This document shows positions 38,301 to 53,300 of a stretch of DNA of 64,000 nt, in pieces (position 1 is the stretch's first letter; the number at the start of each line of letters is the position of its first letter). Made by a program: the position numbers and the translations under genes. The stretch is from positions 52,018,001 through 52,082,000 of the forward strand of contig OY740791.1 in assembly GCA_963514005.1 (NCBI GenBank), written 5' to 3'. The stretch comes from Raja brachyura (Eukaryota). Below the pieces are notes generated by a model. That model saw only the letters and a list, made by a program, of their open reading frames with translations, did no database searches and was not told where the DNA came from.

Positions 38301-41300
38301 TTTACACCCATTATTGGGAGAAGGAGATCACTTCGTCCTGTTGGAGAGGTACAAAAACTTTATCCTATTAAAGAAGAATGTTGGATGAACCTCAGATTGG
38401 TGGTAGACTCCGAATGTTTTATAATGAATGGGACAGTATAACATCTGATCGTGTTATATTAAATACTGTTTTAGGATCTACCATTGATTTTGTAGAAGGT
38501 ATGGATCCATTGGGACAGAATTAGCCTAATCATTCTTTGATGTTTTCTGTTTTTGGGAAAAAATTCAAATTGAAAAAGAGGTTATGAATTTGTGTGAGAA
38601 AGGAGTTATTGAGAAAATAAGAGAGGATCCACAACAATTTGTGTCAAATATTTTCCCCAGACTAAAGAGATGGAGGTTGTAGAATCATTTAGATCTCACA
38701 CAATTGAATATATTTGTCCAGTATAAACATTTTAAAATGGACACATTCAACACTGCAATGCAGCTGATATCAACAGGTTGTTATATGGCTGCAATAGATT
38801 TGAAGATGCATATTATTCAGTTACAATTCATCAGCGCTTTCGCAGGTATTTAAAGTTAAATGGATGGGACAGCTGTGGCAATACAAAGCATTACATAATG
38901 GATTAAGCTCAGCACCTAGATTTTACTTCGGAGTCATGTGAGTGACTACGTGAAGAAGCCCCGCCTGACGCTGGATCGGCATTACGTCGTCGCTGTCGGC
39001 AGAGGAAAGAGCTACAGAGCGCAGCTCCACACAGCGGTAAGGAAACGGCCCGCAGGTAAGAGAGATTTTCGTTTCTAGGGCGGTTTTCAGAACTCCGTAG
39101 CCTGGTGGGTAAACCAGGAGGAGTTAGAAAGAAAATGGAGAAAGCCAAAAAACAGCGGGTAAAACGTGCGTCCCGGGGAGGAGAGTCGGGACAGGAGATT
39201 ATTGTGGAGCCGGTTCCGATACCGGTGGCCGTTGAAATTCCCGTTAGTGAGGCTTTGATTGCTCCACAAACAGAAACTTTGGAGGAAAACCCAGTGCCTA
39301 AAAAATGTAAAAGAAAAGCTGAAAGGCCTGAGGTTTCTGAGGACTCTGATTCAAAAGCTCCAGAAAGAAAAGCCTTATGGCTCAGAATGGATCAAATGGA
39401 GAAAATGCTCCAAACTATAATCAACCAAGGGTCTAAGTACCCTGAATATTCCCAGGCAGCCCCTGAGGGGGTTCCATATCATGAATATGGTGCCCGTTTG
39501 AATTGGGAATTTGAAACTCCAGTGCCTGGGATTGGACTAGAGGAAGTCTCCTTTGAACAAGTTTCAGGAGTACCAGGGCTGTATGAGACAGACCCTGAAA
39601 GTGGTGATTGAGGTCCGGAGTACACACCACAATACAAATATATTGATCCAGGTGTGCCTGATGTGGCACAAAGTTTTGCTATACCTGGAGGAGGCAGTGA
39701 GGCCATAGAAGAAAACCTGGCGCCAATATTAATTATATGGTCTCTCACCCGCTTCAAAAAGCTGTTAAGGTTGAAACAGCAGAATTGTATAAAACACCTA
39801 TTAATTGTGCTTCATTAAAGGTACCTAAGGTGAATCCGGGTGTTTGGGCGCCAATGTCATCGATGATGCGGGTGCAGGAGATTTGATTTCAAAGAGTCCT
39901 CAAGCTGATTTCAGCTGGCATTACTGCCTTTGGAAGACAAGTGGAAGGTTGTGGAATGACCAAAGTTTAGAAGCATATGTTGGCTTTATTTTGCAACTCA
40001 TTTTTGAGATAAATTGTATGAGGAAGATTGCCATCGGCCTCTGTTACATCCAAGATTTGCAGGGTTGTGCAAGCCAAGCAATGTTCAAACTCCTGGTTTA
40101 TTTCGGAGAGAATTTGTCTAAACAAATTAAAGAAATGGATGAAGAGGCAAAAACTATTGGGCTTATGAAACCCTTCAGTTTTGGCCAGAGAAGGGCTGGC
40201 CATATGAAAAGGGGATTTGATCTTGGAGCTGGAACAAGCCGAGGCAGGAGTATGATAAGAAAGAATTTCCAGCCAGCACAGCCGAATGTACACCCATTTA
40301 TTGGGAAAAGGAGATCATTTCAGTTGGAGAGGTACATAAAGTTATCCTATTAAAGAAGAATGTTTGGATGAACCTCAGATTGGTGGTAGACTCAGAATGT
40401 TTTATAATGAATGGGACAGTATAACAGCTGATCGTGTTGTATTAGATACTGTGTTAGGATCTACCATTGATTTTGTAGAAGGTATGGATCCATTGGGACA
40501 GAATAAGCTTAATCATTCTTTGATGTTTTCAGCTCTTGAAAAAATTCAAATTGACAAAGAGGTTAAGAATTTGTGTGAAAAAGGAGTTATTGCGAAAACA
40601 GGAGAGGATCCACAACAATTTGTATCAAATATTTTCCCCAGACCAAAGAAAGATGGGGGTTGTAGAATCATTTTAGATCTCACACAATTGAATACATTGT
40701 CCAGTATAAACATTTTTAATGGACACATTCAACACTGCAATGCAGCTGGTATCAACAGGTTGTTATATGGCTACAATAGATTTGAAGGATGCACATTATT
40801 CGGTCCCAATTCATCATAGTTTTCGCGGGTATTTAAAGTTAAAATGGTTGGGACAGCTGTGGCAATACAAAGCATTACCTAATGGATTAAGTTCAGCACC
40901 TAGATTGTTCACTAAATTGTTCTAACCAGCACTTGCACTGCTAAGGGCACAAAAACACATCATTATGGCTTATCTAGATGACACTTTAATTATCAATGCT
41001 AATCAGGAGTCGGCTGAAAAATCAGTCTCAGCAACTACAAGCTTGTTAGAAAAGTTGGGATTCCTGATTCATCCAACAAAATCTAAGTTACAGCCATCCC
41101 AAACCATTGACTATCTGGGGTTTGTGATTGATCCAAAATCTTCAAAGGGCAAAAACTCAAGCGCTTATTCAGCGAGCAGACCATTTTGATAGGCCAATGC
41201 AATTGCCAAAGGAAGCTTTATCAGAATTACATTGGTGGGTTGAGAATGTTCCACAAGCTGCTAAGAACATTTTAGTTCATCAGCCAGTAGTGTTTTTGCA

Positions 41301-44300
41301 AACTGACGCAAGTTCTCTCGGATGGGGGGCTACAGATAATGAGACCAGCTGTGGGGGCAGATGGGCTGTCCAAGAGGTTTTATTGCTCCAAACATATGGT
41401 ATTAATTATTTGGTGCTACTGGGAGCATTTTATGGATTAAAAGCTTATTGTTCTACATTAAAAGATTTGCACGTCCAAATACAAATAGACAATACCACAG
41501 CTGTGGCATATTTCAATCACATGGGTGGCGTCAGATCAATATCATGTGATCATCTGGTAAACCAGATGTGGCAATGGTGTATTGGTAAAAATATTTGGCT
41601 TTCAGCTATTTATCTTCCAGGGAGAGACAATGTTGTAGCAGTCAAAAGATCACGAATATTTAAAGATAATACAGAATGGATGTTAAATCCACAAATTTTC
41701 AAAAATATTGTCAGTCGGTATGGAGTACCGGACATTGATCTGTTTGCATCTAGATTGAATCACCAATTGCCCAAATACGTGTCTTGGGAACACGATCCAG
41801 GGGCAGTAGCGATGGATGCTTTCTAGCTACACTGGGGAAATACGTTCTTTTATGCTTTTCCCCCATTCTGTCTGATTGGGCAATGCCTCAAGAAAATAGC
41901 GCAAGACGCTGCTAAAGGCATTTTGGTGGTGCCAAATTGGCCTACGCAGTCATGGTTCCCATTGACGCTAAAAATGATTGTTGAACCATGTATGACAATT
42001 CCCAGTTGCGACAATCTGTTGACACAACCAGTAACACAAGAAATTCATCCATTGCATGATCATATGAATTTGTTAATCTGCAGGTTCTGACCAGACCATT
42101 GCAAGAGTTTGAACTGTTGGACAGGACCATGGATGTTATAGATGCAGCTTGGAGGAATAGCACTAAAAAACAATATATGTCACATATAAGGAAAATGTGA
42201 AGCTTTTTGTACACAGTCAAAGATATCTTATCATACTGCAAACATTTCAAATGTATTGGAATTCCTTGCTGGGTTACATTTTGATGAGCATTTGAGTTAT
42301 AGTGCCATTAATTGTGCTCGTAGTGCATTGTCGTCCTACTTAGGACAAATTTCTGATCGGGATTCAGTTGGGTCTCACCCATTAGTATCCCGATTCATGA
42401 AAGGAATTTTTAATAAAAATCCTCCCAAGCCCAGATATACAGAAATTTGGGATGTTAGCATTGTTCTCACTTGGCTTAAGCAATGGACTCCAATTACTTC
42501 AATGTCTTTGCAGAAATTAACATTCAAGGTGGTTATGTTAATGGCGTTGGTATCAGCTCAAAGAGTACAAACTTTGCAATTGTTACGGTTGGATTGCATG
42601 CATGTGACTGCAGATAACATTGTGTTTTATGTTTATGACCTGATCAAACAAAGCAGACCAGGGAGAACTGGAGTTAAGGTAATGTTGAAAGCATATCCTG
42701 TTGATGAAACATTGTGTGTAGTTAAGCATTTAACTCAATACATTGAGGTAACCAAAAATCTCAGAGGTTCTGAGAAAGCGTTATTGATAACGCACAAAAA
42801 GCCACATACAAAAGTTTCAGTTCAAACCATTTCTAGATCGTTAAAACAGGTTTTGGGTCTAGCAGGAATAGACACTGATGTGTTTTAATCTCACTCCACT
42901 AGTGCGGCAGCTACGTCCGCGGCGAAGGTACAGGACGTACCACTCGATCAAATTTTTAGAGGCCGCAGGGTGGTGTAGAGAAGACACGTTTTCAAAGTTC
43001 TACAATAAACCTGTTGTCACGGTGCCAGGATTTGGACACGCAGTGCTGGGTTCTCTTTAAATGCTTGCTTTGTTTTATATTATCGATTTATATTATCGAT
43101 TTATGTTACCATTGACATCATTTGTCATTTTTCTTTTGTAATTTTCCCCTACGATAGAGGGGTTATTATTTAAAAATTGTTCTTTTTTAAAGGACTTATT
43201 ACATAAATTGTAACAATGTCTTAAAATACTATTTACTCACTACTGTTTTGACTAAACAGAGAGTCGTATGGAATGAATCTACGACATAAAAAACACAGAG
43301 CTTTAAAATCTTCACGTAGTCACTCACGTGACTCCGAAGTAAAATAGTAAGATTAAACGAGAACTTACTTGTTCAAAGTTTGATCTTTATTTTATGAGGA
43401 TTTACGATGAGGGATTACGTGCCCTCCGCTCCCAACCCTCATAATATAAATGATCATCTGGTAGTTCTAGTCTATGTTGGGCCTTACTATCTTAATCCGG
43501 CTATTGGTTCTGTGTTTTTCATGCCGCTGCTTTGAAGTATGCCGGTCCAGCACCAGGCAGGGCTTCTTCACGTAATCCCTCATCGTAACTCCTCATAAAA
43601 TAAAGATCAAACTTCGAACAGGTAAGTTCTCGTTTAATCTTACTATTAAAGTATAAATGCAGAGGAAATATCAGAATCAGAATAACATATTATTGGCCAA
43701 GGAATGTGACAGCTTTGCTCGCATATGGTGAAAACACGATATTCAGCAGACAATAGTAAGATTAAACGAGAGCTTACCAGTTTGAAGTTTGATCTTTATT
43801 TTATGAGGAGTTACGATGAGGGATTACGTGAAGACCCCGCCAGCACGCATGTGCGACATTCTTCAAAGCAGTGGTGTGAAATCACAGAACAAACAGTCAC
43901 AATGACTAATATAGTAAGATAAAAAAGAGAACTTTCATACCAGGTGATCTTTATAATAGAGGGTTGGGAGCGGAGGGCACGTAATCCCTCATCGTAACTC
44001 CTCATAAAATAAAGATCAAACTTCAAACTGGTAAGCTCTCGTTTAATCTTACTATTTTACTTCGGAGTCACGTGAGTGACTACGTGAAGATTTCAAAGCT
44101 CTGTGATTTCATGCCCTGGAAGCTCCATGCTCACACACCGCTAAAGTTGGGATAAGAGGATGAACATAATTCAGACAAGACACTGGCTGAAAAACAAAGA
44201 AGGTATTTAGTCATACCTAAAATGATATGCCCCACATTGGGTAAATCATGTAACAGAAACCCAACATATTCCCCGCAACGTCTCAGGAGCGGCCACGGGT

Positions 44301-47300
44301 TATAAAAGAAGTGCTGAAAATCCGTTCACTCTCCAACCCGCTGTAGCAAAGGATGTGGTCCATAGGAACTCCCATCATCCTAGCCGCTGACGTGGATGCA
44401 GCCTTAGCTATAAGACTGGACCCGTTGTGCTGTTACAAGTGCCATAAGCATAACCATATAATATGTAGTTATCCAGAGAGTGCCCCAATATTGGTGTCCA
44501 TCCTCGAAGCATAGTAAATTTTATGCCTAGGTCCCATGTATGAGTGGATCTGGTCTAGGGGAAAATATTAATACCCCTCATCAGATTGATACCAGAGGGT
44601 GTGATCCTATACGCAGGTGATCACCCTCTCGGTCCAGGTTGGTAGGTAGGGCACTCCTGCAAATTTAATGGCATTATAGCTCAAACCTTCATGGAAAGAA
44701 GGGTGGCCAGAACTCCTGCAATCCAGTGATGGTGGCCGAGTCATATGAAGTGTTTGTTCTGAAGAAGAAACACTCCCATCTGCTGACATATGTCAGTGCT
44801 GTCCCTGGTGGACTCCCTCACGACGAGTGATGACATAGATCGTCCTGTCGGAGTATCCGAAGTCCAGAATGGCCTGTTCAGAAACAGCATCAATAGGTTA
44901 ATGCGATCATGGCACGGATAACTTACCCGTCACAGGGGTGCCAACAGGCCCGGCCGTTTGAGGATCCGGAAGCAGTGTTCTGCGGCCATCTTTGTACTGC
45001 TGGGGACCATGGTTGGGTAGGCCAATCGGGAACCCGAAATACCAGTTGCGGAGTCTATTAAATTTTTGTAAGACCCGACTGATGAGGCAGAAGGGGGGAA
45101 ATGCTTAGCAAACAATCCCCCCAATGCAGCGAGAAACATCCATCGCTGCTGGCCCCGGTCCTGATCCAACATCCATTCATTGTTGTCGTTGAATTGCGTG
45201 ACCTGGTGTTCGCCACCGTATTTAGTTTACCTGAAAGGTAAGTGGCTGAGATCCAAATCTCTCTATCCAGACACCAGTGCTAGTTGTTAAAAAGGCAATT
45301 CATCACATGATATCGATTTTATTCCACACAAAAGATTAATATAGGCCACCACTGTGGTATTATAATTTGTAACCATACATGCAACTGGTGCATATCTAAG
45401 CAGTAGGCCCCCGGGTTCCACGAATGCTTCCAGTATTTCTAGATAATTAATCCCTAGTGCTCCCAACAGGGTTAAATCTTGTGCATTCCATCTGCCACCA
45501 CAACAGTGGTGGTATTAGCTGCTCCCCACCTTTCACACTGGCATCAGTCTGTAATGTAACCGAGGGATTTATGATAGTGATGGATTTGGAACAGAATTGA
45601 GCATTTCCCATCCACCAATTTAATTCAACTCTTGCCTTTTCTAATAACTTCATAGGCCTGTTGAAATGGTATGACTTTTGAGAGCTATAATTTTAGCTCT
45701 TTGTAGGTTTTGATAATGTAGTGGTCCGAATTGCACTGCGGGAAAGCAGCCACTATCTTCCCAATACCATGGCCACCTACCGTATGGATGGATCCCTGAT
45801 GCCAGTAAGGCTTCTGCAAGCTTCTACCAAGTCCACCACCTTGTTCGGTGGTAAGGTGGTAGACATTTGCACCGAGTCAATGGTGAACCCCAAGTAATCC
45901 ATGGTAGTAGAGAGTTCCAACTTTGATTTATCTGGATGTATGATGAACCCCAGCTTTTGAAAGAGATGTTTTATGGCTAGAAACTGCCAATGTAGCCGTT
46001 TCCAATTATCCCCGACAATGAGGATATCATCAAGATAGGCCATAACAGTATGATTTTGTTTCCTTAAATAGGCCAAAGCTGGTAATTTGTTGAACAGCCT
46101 GGGTGCTGATGATAACCCATTGGGTAAGGCTATATATTGCCATAATTGTCCCATCCAGATAAATTTAAGGTATTCCCTATGATCCTTGTGTATTAGTACT
46201 GAATAGTATGCATCTTGAGGTTAATGCATGCCATGTAGTACCCATAGCTATAAGCTGGCTACTGTGTCCATTTTGAAATGAACATACTGAACAGAAGTAT
46301 TCAGTTCGGTCAGGTCTATGATTATGCGGCATCCGCCATCTTTTATTTTTGGTAAATATATTAGATACGAACTCCTGTGATTCTCTCAATAACCCCTCTT
46401 AATAGTTCAGCATGGCCCGCCGTTCTTTCTTTGTGAAAATATAACTTTCGGCTATGCGAATGCTGGACCGGGGCAGGGAGTTCGTAAATGAATTAATTTT
46501 ATAGCCCTGAATACTTCCGAATATGTAAGGATCAGAGGTAAAAGTGCAACCGGTCTCCCCCATAAGATGAATTTTAGACATATGATGTTCCTGGGGGAGG
46601 CAGATCCACCTACCTCCAAGGTATTGCCGGCGTAGTGTCCAATACCACCGTTATTTCTTCTGTTTGAGTTGATGCGTTGTAGGGGTGGCGCATTTTCCAA
46701 GAAGGCCGGGCTGGGCCATGGCCTAAAAAGGCTGTTGTGCAGGTGGGCCGGCCTTCGAGCTTTGGGTGTGTAGGGGTGCTGTAGCTGTTGGCAGTGCGCT
46801 TGGAGGTACTGGGTACCTTATCAGCCCTATGGCCTCTTTGTCCAGGTCTTTCACCTGTTTGGGGAGCTCCGCACAGCAGATATGGTGGTTGAGCGTACCT
46901 GGTTTGCATAACCCCGCAATTTGGGGTGAATTGCTCTTCCTGCAGTTATTTTCAACTGTGTTCACAGTAAGGCCAGAGCATCCTTTTCCTACCGGTAGCT
47001 CTATACCCACCGCAGTACTGGCACTGCCGAAATACCGGCGGTCAAAAGCTTCAGGATCCTCTGAAGTTTGACTCCTTGCCCTCTAATCGTAGGGCTCATT
47101 ATCCCCCAAATAGGGTATTTACCGCGGGAACAATAGCGAGTACAATTATCAGGAGCAAAGTACTTATCAGCTATAGCATAGATGGCTGCTCCTGAAGCTG
47201 GTTTGTAGTCATATAATTAAACTAGCTGCCAGCTTAGGGTGGATAGGTAACCTTTTTAGAAGGAACTGCATGTTACTTACCATATCCAGAACTCTTCACT

Positions 47301-50300
47301 GCACCCCTGACACTGTTGGTTTGTTCAGCCAACTCCCCCTCTTCGGGTCAGCCCAGTTCTGACCCCCAATGCTCCCCTCCGAAGAGGGTGAGACATTTAG
47401 GCAGTCCATAATAGGATCCTGCCGTGGGCCTGCGAAGAGGCCCACTGTGACCCTGCCCCTGCTAAAGCAGGTCACGCTGGAGCAATTGCTCCACCATCCG
47501 CTCCATGCGGGTAAGACGACCTCCGTTGCTGCAGCGAACGGGGTGTCCTCGGGACTGGACCCAGCTGAGTCGACAGTCCCGATCGGCTTCCAGGTGGATT
47601 TACCGCCTGTCCGTGGCGAACCAGTCCCGGTGGATTTACCGCCTGTCCGTGGCGAACCAACCGCCCTCCCGGGCGCAAGTCGGGAGCTGCAGGTAGCACC
47701 TGCAGCTCGAGAAACGAACGGGTGGTTTTACCGCCTGTCCGTGGCGAACCAGCAGTCCTCCCGGGCTGAATTCGGGAGCTGCAGGTAGCACCTGCAGCTC
47801 GGAGAAAAAACGGCACGCTGCTGGCTGCGGTCTATAGCAGCAGCTCTTGCCGTTACTCTCGCCGCGCTCACCACTCTGGTGAGTCTTACCGTTCCATCGC
47901 TGGAGGAGCCCCGCTCCTCCCGACTGTCGCTTCCGCATGCGAACGACGATATGTCGCGCATGCGTGCTGGCGGGGTCTTCACGTAGTCACTCACGTGACT
48001 CCGAAGTAAAATTAAAAATAAAACATTATAATTTAAACATGTGAAATAAAGTACCAGAGTAAAAAGAGGCTACCAACTTTTGGTTGTTGAGTAGAGCTAC
48101 AGCTCGTGGGAAGAAATTCTTTATATGTCCGGCTGCGGCAGCTTTGATAGTCCGGACTCACCTGCCGGTGGGAAGTACTTCAAACAGTTTGTGGCCAGGG
48201 TGAGAGTGGTCAGAGATGATCTTACCCACTAGCTTCCAAGTCCATGCAGTGTGCAGTTCATCAATGGGGGGAAGGTTGCAGCCAACAACATTTTTGGCTG
48301 ATTGAATGATGCACGGCAATTCAGGATGTCTTGCTTGGCAGCTGAGCCAAACCAGACCACGATGGAGAAGGTGAGGACACACTCTATGATGGTAGTGTAA
48401 AACTGGGCCATCATTGCCTGCGGCAGGTTGTGTTTCCTCAGCTGCTGCAGGAAGTACATCCTCTGTTGGGACATTTTGACTGTGGAGTCGACGGTGGCCT
48501 CCCAATTAAGGTCGCTGGAGATGATGATGATGATGAAGAAATTAAATGATTCCACAGTTGTGACTGTAGTGTTGTTGGAGATGAGTGGTGGAAGGGGAGG
48601 GGGAGCTCTCCTAAAGTCTACAATCAATTGCACTGTTTTAAGAGCACTGAGCTTCAGGTTGTTGCGATGTCACCAGGACACCAGCTGTTATGATTAGGGT
48701 GACTTGGACATTGTGCTGAAGTAAGCATTCAGGTACAGCAGGCAATGAAGAAAGCAAACGGCGTGCTGGCCTTCATAGCGAGATGATTTGAGTATAGTAC
48801 CAAGGAGATCCTACAGCAGTTGTATGGGGCCCTGATGAGACCGCACCTGGAGTATTGTGTGCAGTTTTGGTCTCCTAGTTTGAGAAAGGATATTTGTGCT
48901 ATAGAGGGAGTGCAGCGTAGTTAACCAGGATAATTACTGGAATGGTGGGACTGACATATGATGAAAGAATGGATTGACTGGGTTTATATTCACTGTAATT
49001 TAGAAGGATGAGAGGGAATATTATAGAAACATATAAAATGATAAAGGGATTGGGCAGGATAGATGCAGGAAAAATGTCCCCCATGTTGGGGAGTCCAGAA
49101 CCAGGGGTCCCAGCTGACATCCCAGAGCTGAGGGTTTGTCCCTGTGGAAACTCACAACATTGTATCTCGGCTTATGTGGAAATTTAATTATTTGTTCCCT
49201 GACCCTCTTTTGTAGGTTTACACAGTAAGACGTACACAGTTTATCGCTCAGTCACAGATCACAGTGAACTTGACCTAATTTGTGAACCTTCTCTTGAGCT
49301 CAGTGAAACCAAATGGACTTGGAGATCACAACATTTCCCGAATCAAGAGAAGGAAATAGCTTCTTCTCACAGGTCTGAGCCGATCTATGTCAACAGGAGC
49401 TACTTTGGGAATCGACTGGAAACCACAGAGGGAAATATCAATGGCAAGAATTTCCTTGTGAGGATTGTCCCGGTGCAGTTTAAAGATGCTGGAGTTTACA
49501 CATGTTCCAGGGGATCAAATATATATGTGAACATTGAACTAATCACAGTTACAGGTAGGAGACTGGATGTTACTACTTTCAAGAATTAAGTTACTGGTGT
49601 CGAGTTTCTACGCTGAGTACAGACTGCTATGTCAGCAGAAATTCCCTAGTTTGAAGAATTATTTTACCTCCAGAGCTTCCTCTTCAACGTGTTTGTATTT
49701 TGCTGAAACTAAAATCTGCCCTAAACCAACATTATTGGGAAGCACATCAAAATGTTATTTTCATTAATTTTGCATAAGAGAGGGAACATGAGAAAATGTG
49801 ATTCACATAGGTGCAAATGGATCAGGTGCAAATGAGCTTCTATCGAAAATATGTTAAAAATCATTCAACTTCTTTTAACACTTTCCCCAAGTTTCTTTGA
49901 CCCCAAATGACACATCCTAATTTTTGAAGGCTCACTGGAGGCTTAAAGCTGAGTTTATTTTGTGGAATTTATCGATTAATATTCACCTGGATGAGTGTTG
50001 TGGCCAGCACCTTGACCAGAGGCAATGGTGTGGGCAGTGGTTGCTCTTTGTACAATGAGTTCAAAACTGTTGTGAATGATAATGAAAAAGACACTTGGAG
50101 AGGTACATGGATGGGAAAGGTGCAGAGGGATATGGGCCAAATGTGGGAAAATATTTTTGATGGAGCATCTTGGTTGGCATGGATGAGTTGGACTGAATGG
50201 ACCGAATTGTATTGTGTTGTAGGACTATGCCTCAAACTCTTTTTGTGCAATACAATTTTACACACTTAGAACACCAGATACTGGTGTCAAAGTACTGAGA

Positions 50301-53300
50301 AAAACACAACACAATCCAGACAAAATTCATTGTTTTACGATTTTCTTCTTTCCACAGTCACAACTGAACCATCTGGCGCAGTGACTGAGGGAAGAAAGAT
50401 GGCACTGACCTGCTCTGTGTCTCATGTCACTGAGTCAATGAGACTGGTTTGGATCAATGATGAAGGCAAAGTTGTAGAGGAGAAAAATCTCATGCAAACA
50501 AAGCAGGAGGACAATTCTTTGCAGCTGATTATTGCAAAAGTAGATGGAATAAGAAGGAACTGGACATGTTGTTTGTTTCATCAAAGCACAGCCAAGGTTT
50601 TCATTCCATATTGTCTGCAGGTGAACAGTAAGTTTCTTAGCTTCTGCTCTTCGTGATCTCCGACACCGATTTCTTGTCACTTGTTGCTATTCTTTTTGGA
50701 TAACTTTTGAACATTCCATGACTTACTGCAAGTAGAGCTCAATCACAGACATTTCGTTCAAACCTCTTGTCCATGCCTATAAGGTCACTTCAATTGTAAG
50801 TAGTTCAGGTCTCTGAAGCACATGGGAGCACATGGATCACTACTTCGGCAGACCACCGACTAAGACCTGTGTTGGCGATCACATTGAAGATGATCGTGAA
50901 TTTCATCATCAATGTCGGTCCTTGTTGACAAATGTCTCCAGAGGTATGAAAACTGGTCCAGTAGTATGAAAACCAGTGTGTGACTGTGAACTTTTTTGTC
51001 AGAGGTCTGTATAGTAAGGTGGGCAGCTTTGTGGAAGATCTTTCCCGTTACACCCAAACTGTGCCTCTTAAAGATCACAAAAGTTGTGAAAATCATCTTA
51101 AAAATAGTTGTGCAAATTGTTTCCACTGTCCTGATGCCATAAAACATTACAGCGGTTGTAGCATCCACAGTAACTTCACCAAAGGCTGCCTTGCCAGAAC
51201 AGTAGACGTGAGGGAGTGAATACTGATGTCTTCAACTTGTCTGACCATGATGGCGCAGTGGTTAGGGTCACACACACAAGCCTCTCCATCCTTTGGTCTA
51301 CTTGCAGACTGCTGCTTTTGGGCGTTGAGCTGTCCTTAAAGGGCAGGAGATATCAGTCAGTGAGTGAATAGATTAGTTGGTGAGTGGAATTAATGCACGG
51401 ATCACCATCTCCAATTTTGCACTAAAAACATATGAAGATGTGTTCATTAGGATTGTAATAATAGTGCATTCAACCTCATTGACATCAGTAGGCAATGGTT
51501 ACATGCACAGTACAGTTTTAGTACTTGAAGACCAAAATAGTTTTAGGAGTTGAAAATCGGAATTATAATAATAATCAGCAGGACGGATAGGAACTATGGA
51601 AAGAGGAGCAAGCCAAAGATCCTTTCTTCGAATCTGACAACTATTTTTCATTATAAAACATGAACTCACTTCTTTCTCTTTCCACGGATACTGCTCAAAC
51701 GGCTGAGTATTTCTACCATTTACAGTTTTTGGGCTCCTGGTTAGAGAGGATTGAAGTTCACGGTCAATATCCTCTCTGTTTTCAGCAGTGCTCATTCAAC
51801 TATTGTTCCTGGCTCAGACCATGATGGACATTTGTCCACTGTACAGCTGAATCAGCAACTTTATCAGTCAACCATCAGCTCCCATCTCCTGCATGAGGAA
51901 GTCAGCTGATTGTAACCAAGAAATAGAAACTTGTGTGAATGTTTATAGTCTCTAACTGATGAATACTGAGGGAAGTTGTGGCTCTCTAATCTTTCTGAGT
52001 CAGGTCAATTAATCTGGAAAAAAAAAGACGCAATGTGCTGAAGTGACTCAACGGGTCAGGCGGAATCTCTGGAGAACATGGATAGGTGAGGTTTTGGTCC
52101 CCACCCTACTTCAGACTAAAGGGCTACGACCCGAAATGTCACCTGCGTAACCCGCTGAGTTTCTCCAACACTTTTATTGATAAACTATCATCTTCAGTTC
52201 CATGTGTCTCAGTTAATCTGGATCACAAGTTTAACTCAAGACTTCTGATCTAAATTAGTCAGTGTGGTTAATGCCTGATCATTGGTGGAGCTATTGAATG
52301 ATGTCCATTTATTTTACAAATGGGAACTCTGTGTTTATTATTTTGACAGAGAATTACACTATTATATTCACCATTGTTATAATTATCGGGAGTCTGGCTC
52401 TTCTCCTCGTCAGTATACTGGCAGTGGTGTTGTGTCAAAGAAAGCGCAAGCCTACAGGTAAAGTACATGAAGACATCCTTAATGCAGCACAGATCCTCCA
52501 AATTATCAATGATAATGTTATCTTTGTTACAAGGAGAAAAGAACAGTATCTGGTTGTGCTTATGCTATTGGGAAATTTATTTCAGTCCTTTTGTGGTCAA
52601 TTAAAGCATTATTTATGCAATGCGGATTGTCCTGTCTACCTGCGTTGCCATGGGGAGACTGCTGTATGACTTCAGATGCTGTTCTGCAATGATCTGACCA
52701 CGTGGTGATTGTGTCACCATCCCCTGTGTAAACCATTATCTAATAAACATGCCAGAAGTGCTTTTTGGAGTATAGCTTATGTAGTCATGTAGAAAATAAG
52801 GTCTCCCATTTGCCCTCAATGTGGTCCTATTTACTGAGGGATAAATATTGGCCAGGAGACCAAGGTATCTCCACTGCACTTTGGAGGTTCACGCTCCAAA
52901 ATTGATTGTGTCCCGATAGGACAGAAGGATCTCAGTTGAACAAATAATCTTAATCTGGTGAGGCCGATGCTGCAGCAATCCCACGTGGCAACAGAATTTT
53001 AGGCTCAACTGTATGTTGAAATATTCAAATTTAGGGTTGTGCCTGAGGATTTATTCTGTGTTGTTGAACACACTGATCAGACGGGTATCGGGCTATAAAC
53101 AGACTATCCTTTATTGAAAGCAGTAACTATTAAGTAAACATAAGTGTCTGGTACAACAGTTCATCAAAGTCACTGACACGTGGAATACTCAGTTCTTAGA
53201 GCTTCCCTTAATTTCTATAAATTACAAGATTTTTTCCATATAAAAAAAACATTCCAATAACTGATCATTAGAAATATAAAATTACATATTGAACGTATTA

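Noticed and set aside
47592-47800. CRISPR-like repeat-spacer pattern
   Set aside because: Eukaryotic DNA; irregular tandem duplications inside a DIRS gag region, with no cas genes
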